From IMG/VR virus record IMGVR_UViG_3300047321_000238, positions 48,297-112,296 of that record: a DNA stretch of 64,000 nucleotides. One strand, given 5' to 3'. Source of the stretch: a virus. Below are positions 19,029-27,529 of this stretch, one piece after another (position 1 is the stretch's first letter; each line of letters opens with the position of its first letter). Below the pieces are notes generated by a model. The model did not search any database and was not told where the DNA came from. It worked only from the letters and a program-made list of their open reading frames with translations. The translations under genes were made by a program, and so were the position numbers.

Positions 19029-19065
19029 AAGCTTCGCAGTTTTAATCATGCGTATTATTTGTATA
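19029..19065 (+). promoter_or_regulatory. conserved intergenic motif copy e
   Basis: AAGCTTCGCAGTTTTAATCATGCGTATTATTTGTATA, immediately after gene 18727..18963. Confidence 0.4.
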
Positions 19066-19511
19066 TAGGTTGGACCCTTAATCCATGAAAAGACGATTGG
19101 AGCATCTACGTATGTTGGGTATCGCAAAGTTTTCATTAATCCATCCCGTTCCTTATAGTATTATGCAGGATTTAGAATTCATTCTTGCATTCCTACTATA
19201 GGGAATACCCCTAAAAAGACTCAATCTTGCAAGAAAAAGAAAACCAACTTTCAGAATTACTATTATTGTGGAATAGATTATAATATATGCAAATATATTT
19301 TTAAGCTATCTTAACACAATTATGGTTAATTTTTTTCAGAGTTGGACACTAGTGTAATATATATAACACCAATTAACAGCTAACGCAGTTATGGAAATAA
19401 CACTTTGATATAGCTTAAAGTATATTTGCTGTTAATACACAATTCGTACTTACGAGTGCCGTAGATGCATATGCGACATAAAGTTAAGATGGATTTGTGC
19501 TTCCGAGTGCG

Positions 19512-19693
19512 AGCGTTAGCGAGCACGTATAATTAAATAGCGTTAGCGTCAATTATATAATAGCGTTAGCGTCAAAATTAAATAAAGCGTTAGCGTAGAT
19601 TTATAAATAGATATAATCTTCTATAGTATACCCATACTATTATGAAGTATATCGTCCTACAATTCCATTCAGTGACAGTTATAGCGTTAGCGT
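19512..19693 (+). repeat. iteron-like array: 5 direct copies of AGCGTTAGCG(T/A) spaced 13-26 bp apart, with a more distant fifth copy
   Basis: Copies at 19512, 19539, 19562, 19586 and 19683, embedded in AT-rich DNA inside a 1.1-kb ORF-free region (18964..20055). Confidence 0.5.
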
Positions 19694-20055
19694 TTAATAA
19701 CAAGCGTAGAATCGATTGTATCATCTATTAAGAGTAGCCATGTGTATACATACTACTAAACTTTAATAGATGCAACGTTGAACACGTAGTGCGAAACACA
19801 ATAAAATTATAATAATTTCTCTATACCTACCTAGCAGAATGTAAGTGATGTGGTAGTAGAGGATTAGGAGTCATATCTCCGTTTTAAAGAAATGGCACTC
19901 GTAGACCTGAACCAAGACGGTTTTGGGACGTAATCGGTGCTTTCACGTTATAATGGATATAAGCGTAGTGAGTAGTCTAAAAACGAACGGATTACTATTA
20001 CAGTAGTATATATACTTATATACACACATGGAATAAAAATAAAGGAGATTATAAT

Positions 20056-20286
20056 ATGCCTAATTATAATAGAATAAAACAAGAATTAATTAATAAAAGA
20101 ATTGAAGAAAGATATGATGGAGTAGATATGTTAACATCACGTCTTACTAATGGAGATATAGCTATTAAATGTAATGATATAGATAATAAGTGTAACCATC
20201 CTAATGGTTGTTGTATATTAAGTTTACAAGAATTTCAAGAATGGAATTGTAAATGTGCATATCAAAATAAGTATTACTTTAGGTAA
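20056..20286 (+). CDS. small Cys-rich protein, 76 aa
   Basis: Track ORF with AAAGGAG RBS. Contains CNHPNGCC and CKC cysteine clusters. Confidence 0.5.
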   Translation: MPNYNRIKQELINKRIEERYDGVDMLTSRLTNGDIAIKCNDIDNKCNHPNGCCILSLQEFQEWNCKCAYQNKYYFR

Positions 20287-20303
20287 GAAAGGATATATAA
20301 TAG

Positions 20304-20636
20304 ATGGAAGTATTAAAGTATATTAATGATACGTTAGTATCATATACATTAGCTGAACTATATGATAATAGAATAGGAATATCTGTAAGTAACGTAGAAG
20401 AGTTTATAGACATAATCGATAAATTAGATGCAACAGGTTTAGTGTATATGCCTACCGATGTAAAACGAGATAAGGTAGCATTGTACAATAGAGGTACAAG
20501 TAAAAATAGTTGTATATTAATAGAAAGAAGACCTGACCTAGGTAAATGTGAATATATATTAAGGTATTATTCAGAAGACTATGTAACTATGTATGCTGGC
20601 ACTATAAAGAAGTATAGTGAGGTGACATTAGTATAA
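20304..20636 (+). CDS. MELLKYIN-leader family small protein (MEVLKYIND)
   Basis: Conserved N-terminus. AAAGGA RBS. Tandem with the following family members. Confidence 0.65.
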   Translation: MEVLKYINDTLVSYTLAELYDNRIGISVSNVEEFIDIIDKLDATGLVYMPTDVKRDKVALYNRGTSKNSCILIERRPDLGKCEYILRYYSEDYVTMYAGTIKKYSEVTLV

Positions 20637-20956
20637 TGGAGTTGTTAAAGCATATTAATGATATGGCAAATACGTATACTATAAGTAAGCTGTTAAATAC
20701 AAACGCTATAGTACAGTGTGATAGTAAAGAAGAGTTTATGCAGTTAATATATAAGATAAACTGTACATCGTATCTACATACAACCCTTAGTGGTAGTACA
20801 TGGGATATTTATAATAACCAGGATAGATATAATGGAAGTATGGCAATATACTTTAACAGTAGACATCTAGAGTTTTGTTACGTAGATTATTATAAAACAT
20901 ATAGACGTAAGAACCCTAAGTATAAGTATAGTGAAGTAAATATAGTAACTATATAG
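20636..20956 (+). CDS. MELLKYIN-leader family small protein (MELLKHIND)
   Basis: Conserved N-terminus. TAATG overlap with the upstream gene. Confidence 0.65.
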   Translation: MELLKHINDMANTYTISKLLNTNAIVQCDSKEEFMQLIYKINCTSYLHTTLSGSTWDIYNNQDRYNGSMAIYFNSRHLEFCYVDYYKTYRRKNPKYKYSEVNIVTI

Positions 20957-20965
20957 AGTATGCAG

Positions 20966-20996
20966 AGTTTTTCTTCTGCACGCGAACATATGTTTA
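20966..20996 (+). promoter_or_regulatory. palindrome-containing intergenic element copy 1 (GTTTTTCTTCTGCACGCGAACATATGTTTAT)
   Basis: Contains the perfect palindrome AAACATATGTTT. Repeats at 23149 and 23498. Confidence 0.4.
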
Positions 20997-21023
20997 TTAT
21001 ATGAAAGGAGATTAAGCAAGTCT

Positions 21024-21371
21024 ATGAGTATAGAGTTATTAGATTATATAAATAAGAATAGTAAAAAGTCTTATACTATACAACAGATGATAGATGATAA
21101 GATAGCAATTCAAGTATGTAGTAGAGAAGAGTTGCAAAATCTTATAGATATAAGAAGTAGTCATGGTTGTATTGGGTGTACAGTAGAATCATGGGATACG
21201 TATGTAATAAAATATAACAAAAAGAGATATAATGGTCGGATGTGTTTAGCATTTCAAAGACCAGGATTTCTTGATTTCTGTGATACAGGATATTATCTAA
21301 ACCAAGGATATACTATAGTGCCTTATACAAGTCTAGTTATAATAGATAGTGATAAGGTGGTGTTAATATAA
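21024..21371 (+). CDS. MELLKYIN-leader family small protein (MSIELLDYINK)
   Basis: Family N-terminus shifted by 2 aa. C-terminal Y-L-N-Q-G-Y-T-I motif shared with other members. Confidence 0.6.
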   Translation: MSIELLDYINKNSKKSYTIQQMIDDKIAIQVCSREELQNLIDIRSSHGCIGCTVESWDTYVIKYNKKRYNGRMCLAFQRPGFLDFCDTGYYLNQGYTIVPYTSLVIIDSDKVVLI

Positions 21372-21688
21372 TGGAAGTATTAAGTCATATTAATAATATA
21401 CAAAGGTTTAGTATGTCAGACTTTATAGATAAAGGATATGTAATAAAGGTATGTCATAGAGCTGGACTAGAAGCTATAGTAGAGTATTTAGATAATCATG
21501 GTGTAGAAGTTAACGATGATATACGTGGAGCTGATGATAGAAGATGTGAATACTTATGTTTAAGACTAGGAGGATGGACAGATAAGAGTGGTAACATAAC
21601 AGGTTATTGTGCATGGCAAGCAAACTATGAACACTATAAGAGTAGAGGATGTACTATGTACGATTATGATGAGGTGGTGTTAGTATAA
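21371..21688 (+). CDS. MELLKYIN-leader family small protein (MEVLSHINN)
   Basis: Conserved N-terminus. TAATG overlap with the upstream gene. Confidence 0.65.
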   Translation: MEVLSHINNIQRFSMSDFIDKGYVIKVCHRAGLEAIVEYLDNHGVEVNDDIRGADDRRCEYLCLRLGGWTDKSGNITGYCAWQANYEHYKSRGCTMYDYDEVVLV

Positions 21689-21689
21689 T

Positions 21690-22022
21690 ATGGAGTTATT
21701 AAAAGAAGTAAATGAATTTAATAAGTATAGAATACGAGATATAATACGTAATAGCATGGATATATTAATACATACACCTAAGGAAGAAGACTTAATTATA
21801 TTATATAACAAGTTAATTGAATTAGGATATATAATAAGTGATCACATGTTGCATATATATAGTTCGTATAAAGAAGAGACATGTATAAGATTCTATAAGT
21901 ATACTAGTCAAAGTAGTGTAGCAAATGAATTAGGAATGAGTTATGCTGATAAACCATGGTATATCGAGAATGAAAAACAAATGAAGATAATAAACATGGG
22001 GGACATAGTATGGAAGTATTAA
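21690..22022 (+). CDS. MELLKYIN-leader family small protein (MELLKEVNE)
   Basis: Conserved N-terminus. Confidence 0.6.
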   Translation: MELLKEVNEFNKYRIRDIIRNSMDILIHTPKEEDLIILYNKLIELGYIISDHMLHIYSSYKEETCIRFYKYTSQSSVANELGMSYADKPWYIENEKQMKIINMGDIVWKY

Positions 22023-22324
22023 GATATATTAATGATGTAGTATATGGTATGTATACTATAGAAGAATTAATAAATAAGAAGATAGCAGTACATGTACCTA
22101 CAAAAGAAAAATTTAATAATATGCAAGATATGCTTATATTATTATATGGCAATAAAATAAAAACATTATCTTATGATAAAATAGGTAGGTATGCAAAGTT
22201 AATGTGTATTAACGTAGAGAGTAGTACAGGACCATATCAATATGACATGGTTATAAGTTATTGCGATAAACAATGGTATCTGGATAATGGTTATACTGTT
22301 ATAAGTATGGATAGTATAAGATGA
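22010..22324 (+). CDS. MELLKYIN-leader family small protein (MEVLRYIND), CDKQWYLDNGY C-terminus
   Basis: Conserved N- and C-terminal motifs. Confidence 0.65.
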   Translation: MEVLRYINDVVYGMYTIEELINKKIAVHVPTKEKFNNMQDMLILLYGNKIKTLSYDKIGRYAKLMCINVESSTGPYQYDMVISYCDKQWYLDNGYTVISMDSIR

Positions 22325-22512
22325 GTAAAGAATTATTAAGTTATATAATAGTAATGTTTATTACGGGTTTCTTAATAGGAATAATGGGAAACCTAATGGG
22401 CTCACCAAGTAAAAATAATATATTTATAGATGCTATATTATTTGGAATATTCATGATATTTTATCCATTTTATATTATTATATATGAAATAAGAAACAAT
22501 AGAAAGAAGTGA
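22321..22512 (+). CDS. small membrane protein with related N-terminus (MSKELLSYI), 63 aa
   Basis: Two predicted TM helices. ATGA overlap with the upstream gene. Confidence 0.5.
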   Translation: MSKELLSYIIVMFITGFLIGIMGNLMGSPSKNNIFIDAILFGIFMIFYPFYIIIYEIRNNRKK

Positions 22513-22519
22513 AAATATC

Positions 22520-22831
22520 ATGGAGATATTAAGTTATATAAATGATATAGCCTTTAACACGTATACTATAAAACAGTTAATAGGTAATAAGATAGCAGTG
22601 CATGTACCCACGCTTAAAGAATTCAAAGATATGCAAGAGATAGTTAAAGCACACAATAAAGATGTATATATAATGGATGATAGTATATATAATTGTATGA
22701 AAGAGGAGACATGTCTTAATATAGAAAATTGGAGCGGAGATTGTATATGTGATATACAAATAGAATATTGCGATAAACAATGGTATATAGATAATGGTTA
22801 TAAGATTATAAGTATGGAGGATATAAGATGA
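22520..22831 (+). CDS. MELLKYIN-leader family small protein (MEILSYIND), CDKQWYIDNGY C-terminus
   Basis: Conserved N- and C-terminal motifs. Confidence 0.65.
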   Translation: MEILSYINDIAFNTYTIKQLIGNKIAVHVPTLKEFKDMQEIVKAHNKDVYIMDDSIYNCMKEETCLNIENWSGDCICDIQIEYCDKQWYIDNGYKIISMEDIR

Positions 22832-23142
22832 GTGTAGAACTATTAAATTATATAAACAAAGAAATGTTTAAGATTATAATAACAGTAGATGAACTAGTTA
22901 ATAATGGAGTAGTTATACATGTAAATAATAGAGAAGAACAGGAAGAGTTTTTCACCGCAGTATGTAATGTGGATATACATGTACCTGCTGATACTAGAAT
23001 ACATTCATATAAAACACATGGAGATAAGCTGTTACACTTAATACAAAATCATAATGGTTTATATAGAGTAATGTATGGCACTAAGATGTCATTAGGTAAG
23101 TATAGAGTATTAGAGTATAAAGATATAAGTATAGTTAAGTAA
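22828..23142 (+). CDS. MELLKYIN-leader family small protein (MSVELLNYINK)
   Basis: Family N-terminus shifted by 2 aa. ATGA overlap with the upstream gene. Confidence 0.6.
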   Translation: MSVELLNYINKEMFKIIITVDELVNNGVVIHVNNREEQEEFFTAVCNVDIHVPADTRIHSYKTHGDKLLHLIQNHNGLYRVMYGTKMSLGKYRVLEYKDISIVK

Positions 23143-23148
23143 ACAACG

Positions 23149-23170
23149 GTTTTTTCTTTGCACGCGTAAT
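23149..23170 (+). promoter_or_regulatory. intergenic element copy 2 (GTTTTTTCTTTGCACGCGTAAT)
   Basis: Shares TTTTTCTTTGCACGCG with copies 1 and 3. The palindrome half is missing. Confidence 0.35.
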
Positions 23171-23187
23171 AAGAAGGAGTGAACGTA

Positions 23188-23487
23188 GTGATTGAGTTAT
23201 TAAAGTATATTAACAATGACTTCGTAAAAGAAGAAACTGTTGAAGCTATTAATAAAAGAAATAAGTTATTCAACGAACATGTATTAACATTAAGAAAAGA
23301 TATAGAAGAACTTAATGATAGAATAGAACTAGATAATAAAAGAAAAAGTAAAGCATTATTTATTATAGTATCTTCTACTATAGTTAATCTTATAATACAA
23401 TTAATATCTATAAGTCTTTATATTAAAGTATCATCAGCTATAGTATATGTATTGCTATTACAATTAGTTATATGGAAGAAAGATTAA
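23188..23487 (+). CDS. MELLKYIN-leader family protein with membrane C-terminus (V/MIELLKYINND)
   Basis: GTG start 8 nt after AAGGAG. The track ORF starts 9 nt earlier, inside the RBS. C-terminal hydrophobic helices. Confidence 0.55.
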   Translation: MIELLKYINNDFVKEETVEAINKRNKLFNEHVLTLRKDIEELNDRIELDNKRKSKALFIIVSSTIVNLIIQLISISLYIKVSSAIVYVLLLQLVIWKKD

Positions 23488-23497
23488 GTAGAAAAAG

Positions 23498-23528
23498 GTT
23501 TTTCTTTGCACGCAAACATATGTTTATA
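23498..23528 (+). promoter_or_regulatory. palindrome-containing intergenic element copy 3 (GGTTTTTCTTTGCACGCAAACATATGTTTAT)
   Basis: Near-identical to copy 1 and includes AAACATATGTTT. Confidence 0.4.
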
Positions 23529-23548
23529 TTAAGAAGGAGTGATAAGTC

Positions 23549-24016
23549 ATGGAAGAATTGTTAGAATTATTGGGAGATAGAAGAATACCTAAGTATGAGG
23601 AGACGACAGCATTTAATAACATACCTATTACAGATGAGTATGTAAAACATCAAATTATAAGTGAAGATAAAAAAGAAGTGAAGGCAATATTAAAAAGAAT
23701 AAGGACTAGCGGATTTCATTGCAATAGTACGAACAATTTAATAACTGTCATATTAGAGAACAAAGCTCTCTTAGATAAAATTAGTTTAGTAAAGGATGGT
23801 AGTTATTTAAATACAAAGATACTTTTAAAACGTAATAGCAAACCATATATACTTATATATAGTGGAATTAAAACTGTATTAGGTGATAAAGTATTCGATT
23901 TGAAATTTGATTATAGTGAAATAGAAATGTTAAATCTTATTACTGATAGAAGTGAAAGAGTATATATTAATATAAGAGATTATATAGATAGAGATAGATA
24001 TAGATGGAACTATTAA
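23549..24016 (+). CDS. hypothetical protein, 155 aa (N-terminus MEELLELL)
   Basis: Track ORF with AAGGAGTGA RBS. Loosely related leader. Confidence 0.55.
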   Translation: MEELLELLGDRRIPKYEETTAFNNIPITDEYVKHQIISEDKKEVKAILKRIRTSGFHCNSTNNLITVILENKALLDKISLVKDGSYLNTKILLKRNSKPYILIYSGIKTVLGDKVFDLKFDYSEIEMLNLITDRSERVYINIRDYIDRDRYRWNY

Positions 24017-24333
24017 ATTATATAAACAACGTGTTAAATAAGTATAACTTTGATTATCTATATGATAATAAAGTAGCAATAAGAGTACCAACAGCAGACG
24101 ATTATTATATATTAGAGAAGATGATAAATGATTATTGTAAGAGAAAATATATATCAGTAAGATTATTACCATTCTTAAGGAATAGTAATTATATAAAAAT
24201 ACATGCTACATGTATTAATATAGGACCAGAAACTATAACAAATCATTATGATATAAATATAAACTATTGTGATCAAGAATATTATATACAACAAGGATAT
24301 ACTATAGTTAATATATCTGACTGTTGTATATAG
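24004..24333 (+). CDS. MELLKYIN-leader family small protein (MELLNYINN), CDQEYYIQQGY C-terminus
   Basis: Conserved N- and C-terminal motifs. Confidence 0.65.
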   Translation: MELLNYINNVLNKYNFDYLYDNKVAIRVPTADDYYILEKMINDYCKRKYISVRLLPFLRNSNYIKIHATCINIGPETITNHYDININYCDQEYYIQQGYTIVNISDCCI

Positions 24334-24345
24334 GAGAGTAGTATA

Positions 24346-24558
24346 ATGGAACTATTAAAGTATATAAACAATTATAAACACAAGATGATGTGTGGCAGTA
24401 CTAGTAGACAAAAAAGAGGATGTGACAATATCGATATAAAAGCATGTTGTATAACATGTAATAAGAGAGACGATTGTTACTTTGAATGTGCAGGCTCACA
24501 GACAGAAAGACATTATCGAAATATAGATGAGCCATGTGATAAAGGAGTAGTACTATGA
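24346..24558 (+). CDS. MELLKYIN-leader family, short Cys-rich form (10 Cys in 70 aa)
   Basis: MELLKYINN leader followed by a CxxxxxCC...C..C...C Cys-rich body. Confidence 0.6.
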   Translation: MELLKYINNYKHKMMCGSTSRQKRGCDNIDIKACCITCNKRDDCYFECAGSQTERHYRNIDEPCDKGVVL

Positions 24559-24686
24559 TGGAATTATTACAAGCAGTTAATAAAATGAATATGTATACTT
24601 TAACAGATGTAGTCTATGCATTTACAAGAGGAAAGAAAATAGCAATAGAAATAAAAGATATTATAATAAAGAAGGAGTATTTATGA
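24555..24686 (+). CDS. MELLKYIN-leader family mini-protein, 43 aa (MMELLQAVNK)
   Basis: Not in track (under 60 aa). ATGA overlaps on both sides. Related leader. Confidence 0.4.
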   Translation: MMELLQAVNKMNMYTLTDVVYAFTRGKKIAIEIKDIIIKKEYL

Positions 24687-25051
24687 CCGAACTATTAAGT
24701 ATGATTAATAATTATTCTATAGGATATAGTTTAAACGATTTATATAATAAACATATAATAATTAGAATATTAAACAAAAAAGATTTATGTGATTTCATTG
24801 AAATTTCTAATTATAATAATACAGTTAGAACCTTTAATGCAGAAAAAGTATGGAATAAATATGTAGAACCACTTAATAATTGTAATAAAATTATATGCAT
24901 AGAATTAGAAGTAAATGACGAAGAAGATAATTATGATTTTATGTTTACATTTGGAAGTATAAGTTATTATACTGATCCAATACTACATCGTGAAAATAAA
25001 TATGAAATAGTAGATTATCATAAAGATATAATAAATAATTGGGAGATATAA
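24683..25051 (+). CDS. MELLKYIN-leader family small protein (MTELLSMINN)
   Basis: Conserved N-terminus. Confidence 0.6.
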   Translation: MTELLSMINNYSIGYSLNDLYNKHIIIRILNKKDLCDFIEISNYNNTVRTFNAEKVWNKYVEPLNNCNKIICIELEVNDEEDNYDFMFTFGSISYYTDPILHRENKYEIVDYHKDIINNWEI

Positions 25052-25054
25052 TTT

Positions 25055-25402
25055 ATGATTGAATTATTAAGTTTTGTTAATGATGAAACAAACATAAAAG
25101 AAACAGTATATGTAGACGACATAGCTGGAAACAAAATAACATTAGAATTTTCTACTAAAGAAAGTTATATGATATTTTGTAAAGCTATGGACGAAACATA
25201 TGATACTTATACTGAATATACAAAGAATGATGCATGGGAAGACTATATAGAAGATGAAGAGCAGAACAAAGATTTTAAAGGTAAGCTTGGTTTGAATCTA
25301 CATGATAATAAAAAAGGTTGGAACTATTGTGAAATTGATTGGTATAAAGATAATGGCTATAAAGTATATAAGTACGATGATATTATATTAAAGTACAATT
25401 AA
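25055..25402 (+). CDS. MELLKYIN-leader family small protein (MIELLSFVND), CEIDWYKDNGY C-terminus
   Basis: Conserved N- and C-terminal motifs. Confidence 0.65.
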   Translation: MIELLSFVNDETNIKETVYVDDIAGNKITLEFSTKESYMIFCKAMDETYDTYTEYTKNDAWEDYIEDEEQNKDFKGKLGLNLHDNKKGWNYCEIDWYKDNGYKVYKYDDIILKYN

Positions 25403-25419
25403 AAAGGAAATGAAGAATA

Positions 25420-25746
25420 ATGAGGGAATTATTAAAACATATACAAGAGAATCAATATAAAATAGAAGATATTATAAAAGATAATGTAGCGTTGTATATT
25501 GATAATAGAAAAGATTTAGATACTATAATAGAAGTAGCAAATAGACATAATATATTTATTGGGCCATTTATAAGAACATCATTAACGGATTCATATTGTA
25601 AAAAAGGAATCTTTATAAAGATAATACACATTAAAGAAAATGATTATTATGTGAAAGGATATAAATATAGATTAGGATGGAATTTCGATGATAATGATAA
25701 ATCACTCTTAACTGTATATAGTAGAGAGGATTATATATTAGTATAA
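25420..25746 (+). CDS. MELLKYIN-leader family small protein (MRELLKHIQE)
   Basis: Conserved N-terminus. Confidence 0.6.
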   Translation: MRELLKHIQENQYKIEDIIKDNVALYIDNRKDLDTIIEVANRHNIFIGPFIRTSLTDSYCKKGIFIKIIHIKENDYYVKGYKYRLGWNFDDNDKSLLTVYSREDYILV

Positions 25747-25758
25747 GGAGAGATTAAT

Positions 25759-26070
25759 ATGGCCGAGCTATTAAAATATGTAAATGAAAATATTAAAGAC
25801 AAATATACCGTAAAGATGATTATAGACAAAAGATTAGTAGTTAATGTAAAAACTAAAGAAGCGTTTAATGATATGCAGGATAAAATATGGGATTATAATC
25901 ATAAAGTATGCTTTATAGATAATGATGTTTATTCCATACACAAATCACAAACATGCATTAAAGTAGAAAGAATAAATACATCGGAATATGATTTAAATAT
26001 AGAATTTTGTGACAAACAATGGTATATAGATGAAGGCTATCAAATAATTGATATAGGAAAAGTAATATAA
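25759..26070 (+). CDS. MELLKYIN-leader family small protein (MAELLKYVNE), CDKQWYIDEGY C-terminus
   Basis: Conserved N- and C-terminal motifs. Confidence 0.65.
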   Translation: MAELLKYVNENIKDKYTVKMIIDKRLVVNVKTKEAFNDMQDKIWDYNHKVCFIDNDVYSIHKSQTCIKVERINTSEYDLNIEFCDKQWYIDEGYQIIDIGKVI

Positions 26071-26249
26071 TGGAGCTATTAAAATACATTAATACTCACA
26101 TATATAAAAGAAAATGTAAGTATGGATGTAGATATAAAGAAGATGAAGATGAACATATATGTTGTCATGATTGTGATCGTATAGATATATGTGACGCAGT
26201 CTGTTTCTCTTTAGATGAAAAGGAATGTGACTTCACTATTAAGGAATAA
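26070..26249 (+). CDS. MELLKYIN-leader family, short Cys-rich form, 59 aa
   Basis: Not in track. TAATG overlap with the upstream gene. MELLKYINTHIYKRKCKYGCRYK...CCHDCDRIDICDAVC. Confidence 0.5.
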   Translation: MELLKYINTHIYKRKCKYGCRYKEDEDEHICCHDCDRIDICDAVCFSLDEKECDFTIKE

Positions 26250-26263
26250 GAAGGAGATGTATT

Positions 26264-26788
26264 ATGAGCGTTAAAGATGATTTACTACAAGAATTAAATA
26301 AAGTTTTAGCATTACAAGAAGAAATGGCTAAAAGAGTAGAAATAGTAAAAACTAAAATATTAGAGGAAGAAAATAAGAAAGTATTTTGGACACCAACTCA
26401 TGGGCAACAATATTACTATATAAATAACGAAGTGATCGTTCTAGGCTGTCCTTATGACAATAACTGGCGTAGTGATAAAGTAAGAATAAAAAATCTTAAC
26501 TATTACGAAACAGAAAAAAAATGTGAAAGAGCCATATTTGAACAAATTTTAAACAGAAAATTGAATAAATTTGCTCATGAAAACAATGAAGAAGAAATTG
26601 ATTGGAGTAATCCAGTGCAAGCTAAATATATGATAATATATGACAATGATTCAAAAAAGCTTGAAGCTAGTATCTATAGTCATATTCAATCTTTTGGACA
26701 AGTATATTTCACATCAAAAGAAATAGCAGAACGAGCAATTAAAAATTTTAAAGATGATTTAATAAGATCTTTTACTACTAAGGAGTAA
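26264..26788 (+). CDS. hypothetical protein, 174 aa
   Basis: Track ORF with AAGGAGATG RBS. Confidence 0.55.
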   Translation: MSVKDDLLQELNKVLALQEEMAKRVEIVKTKILEEENKKVFWTPTHGQQYYYINNEVIVLGCPYDNNWRSDKVRIKNLNYYETEKKCERAIFEQILNRKLNKFAHENNEEEIDWSNPVQAKYMIIYDNDSKKLEASIYSHIQSFGQVYFTSKEIAERAIKNFKDDLIRSFTTKE

Positions 26789-26794
26789 TAATCT

Positions 26795-27421
26795 ATGGAA
26801 ATATTAAAACATATAAATGAATTAAAAACTAAAGGAATAGCATATATATGTTACGATACTGGAGGTAGTGGAGAAGATGGTAGAAGATTATACGCACGCA
26901 ATATATATGATTATTATAAAGAATTATACTTCGATGTAGTAGTATTAAGCTATAGTACTCACGCAAAATATAATAATATAGATAATATTCTACCACAAGG
27001 AACTGGTGGCACTTATATGTCATCGCCATTAACTTTATTAATGCAAGATGCAGAGAGAGTTAAAAACGATAAAGAACTATGTCATTATGCTTACAACTTC
27101 AATCCTAATAATATAATTGTATTAGTAGGGGATGGAGATAACTGGAGTGAAGATAATGATAGATTCTGTAGATGTATAGAAGAGATAACAAAAACTAATA
27201 GTGTTGTATATCATGAAATATTAGGAGGTTCACATCATGATAATACAATGTACAAGCGGTTAAAAGCTAAAAGATATTCAAAGGTTCATCTCTATAAAGT
27301 AGAGAAAGAACAAGATATATTTGGCAATAAGAAAAAACAAATAAAAGGTGCCGATTATTATACTGCTATAACTGAAGATTTAGTAGATAGTATATTTGAT
27401 TGGGATGTATCATATGAATAA
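26795..27421 (+). CDS. MELLKYIN-leader family, long member, 208 aa (MEILKHINE)
   Basis: Conserved N-terminus on a larger body that is unrelated to the other members. Confidence 0.6.
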   Translation: MEILKHINELKTKGIAYICYDTGGSGEDGRRLYARNIYDYYKELYFDVVVLSYSTHAKYNNIDNILPQGTGGTYMSSPLTLLMQDAERVKNDKELCHYAYNFNPNNIIVLVGDGDNWSEDNDRFCRCIEEITKTNSVVYHEILGGSHHDNTMYKRLKAKRYSKVHLYKVEKEQDIFGNKKKQIKGADYYTAITEDLVDSIFDWDVSYE

Positions 27422-27454
27422 TAAAGAATAAATAATATAAAGGAGATGATTGCC

Positions 27455-27529
27455 ATGAGTATATTACCGATGATATTAGTATTAGTAATTGGTTATATTT
27501 TAGGCAAAAATAACGCACACTTAAAATAA
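27455..27529 (+). CDS. hydrophobic micro-protein, 24 aa (MSILPMILVLVIGYILGKNNAHLK)
   Basis: AAAGGAG RBS 7 nt upstream. Single TM helix. Not in track. Confidence 0.35.
   Translation: MSILPMILVLVIGYILGKNNAHLK

Noticed and set aside
18964-20055. tRNA genes in the long non-coding regions (also 15103..15884 and 47790..48549)
   Set aside because: Scanned by eye for GTTCGAATCC/GGTTCGA T-loop and acceptor-stem pairing. None was found. A covariance-model scan (tRNAscan-SE) would be needed to exclude divergent tRNAs.
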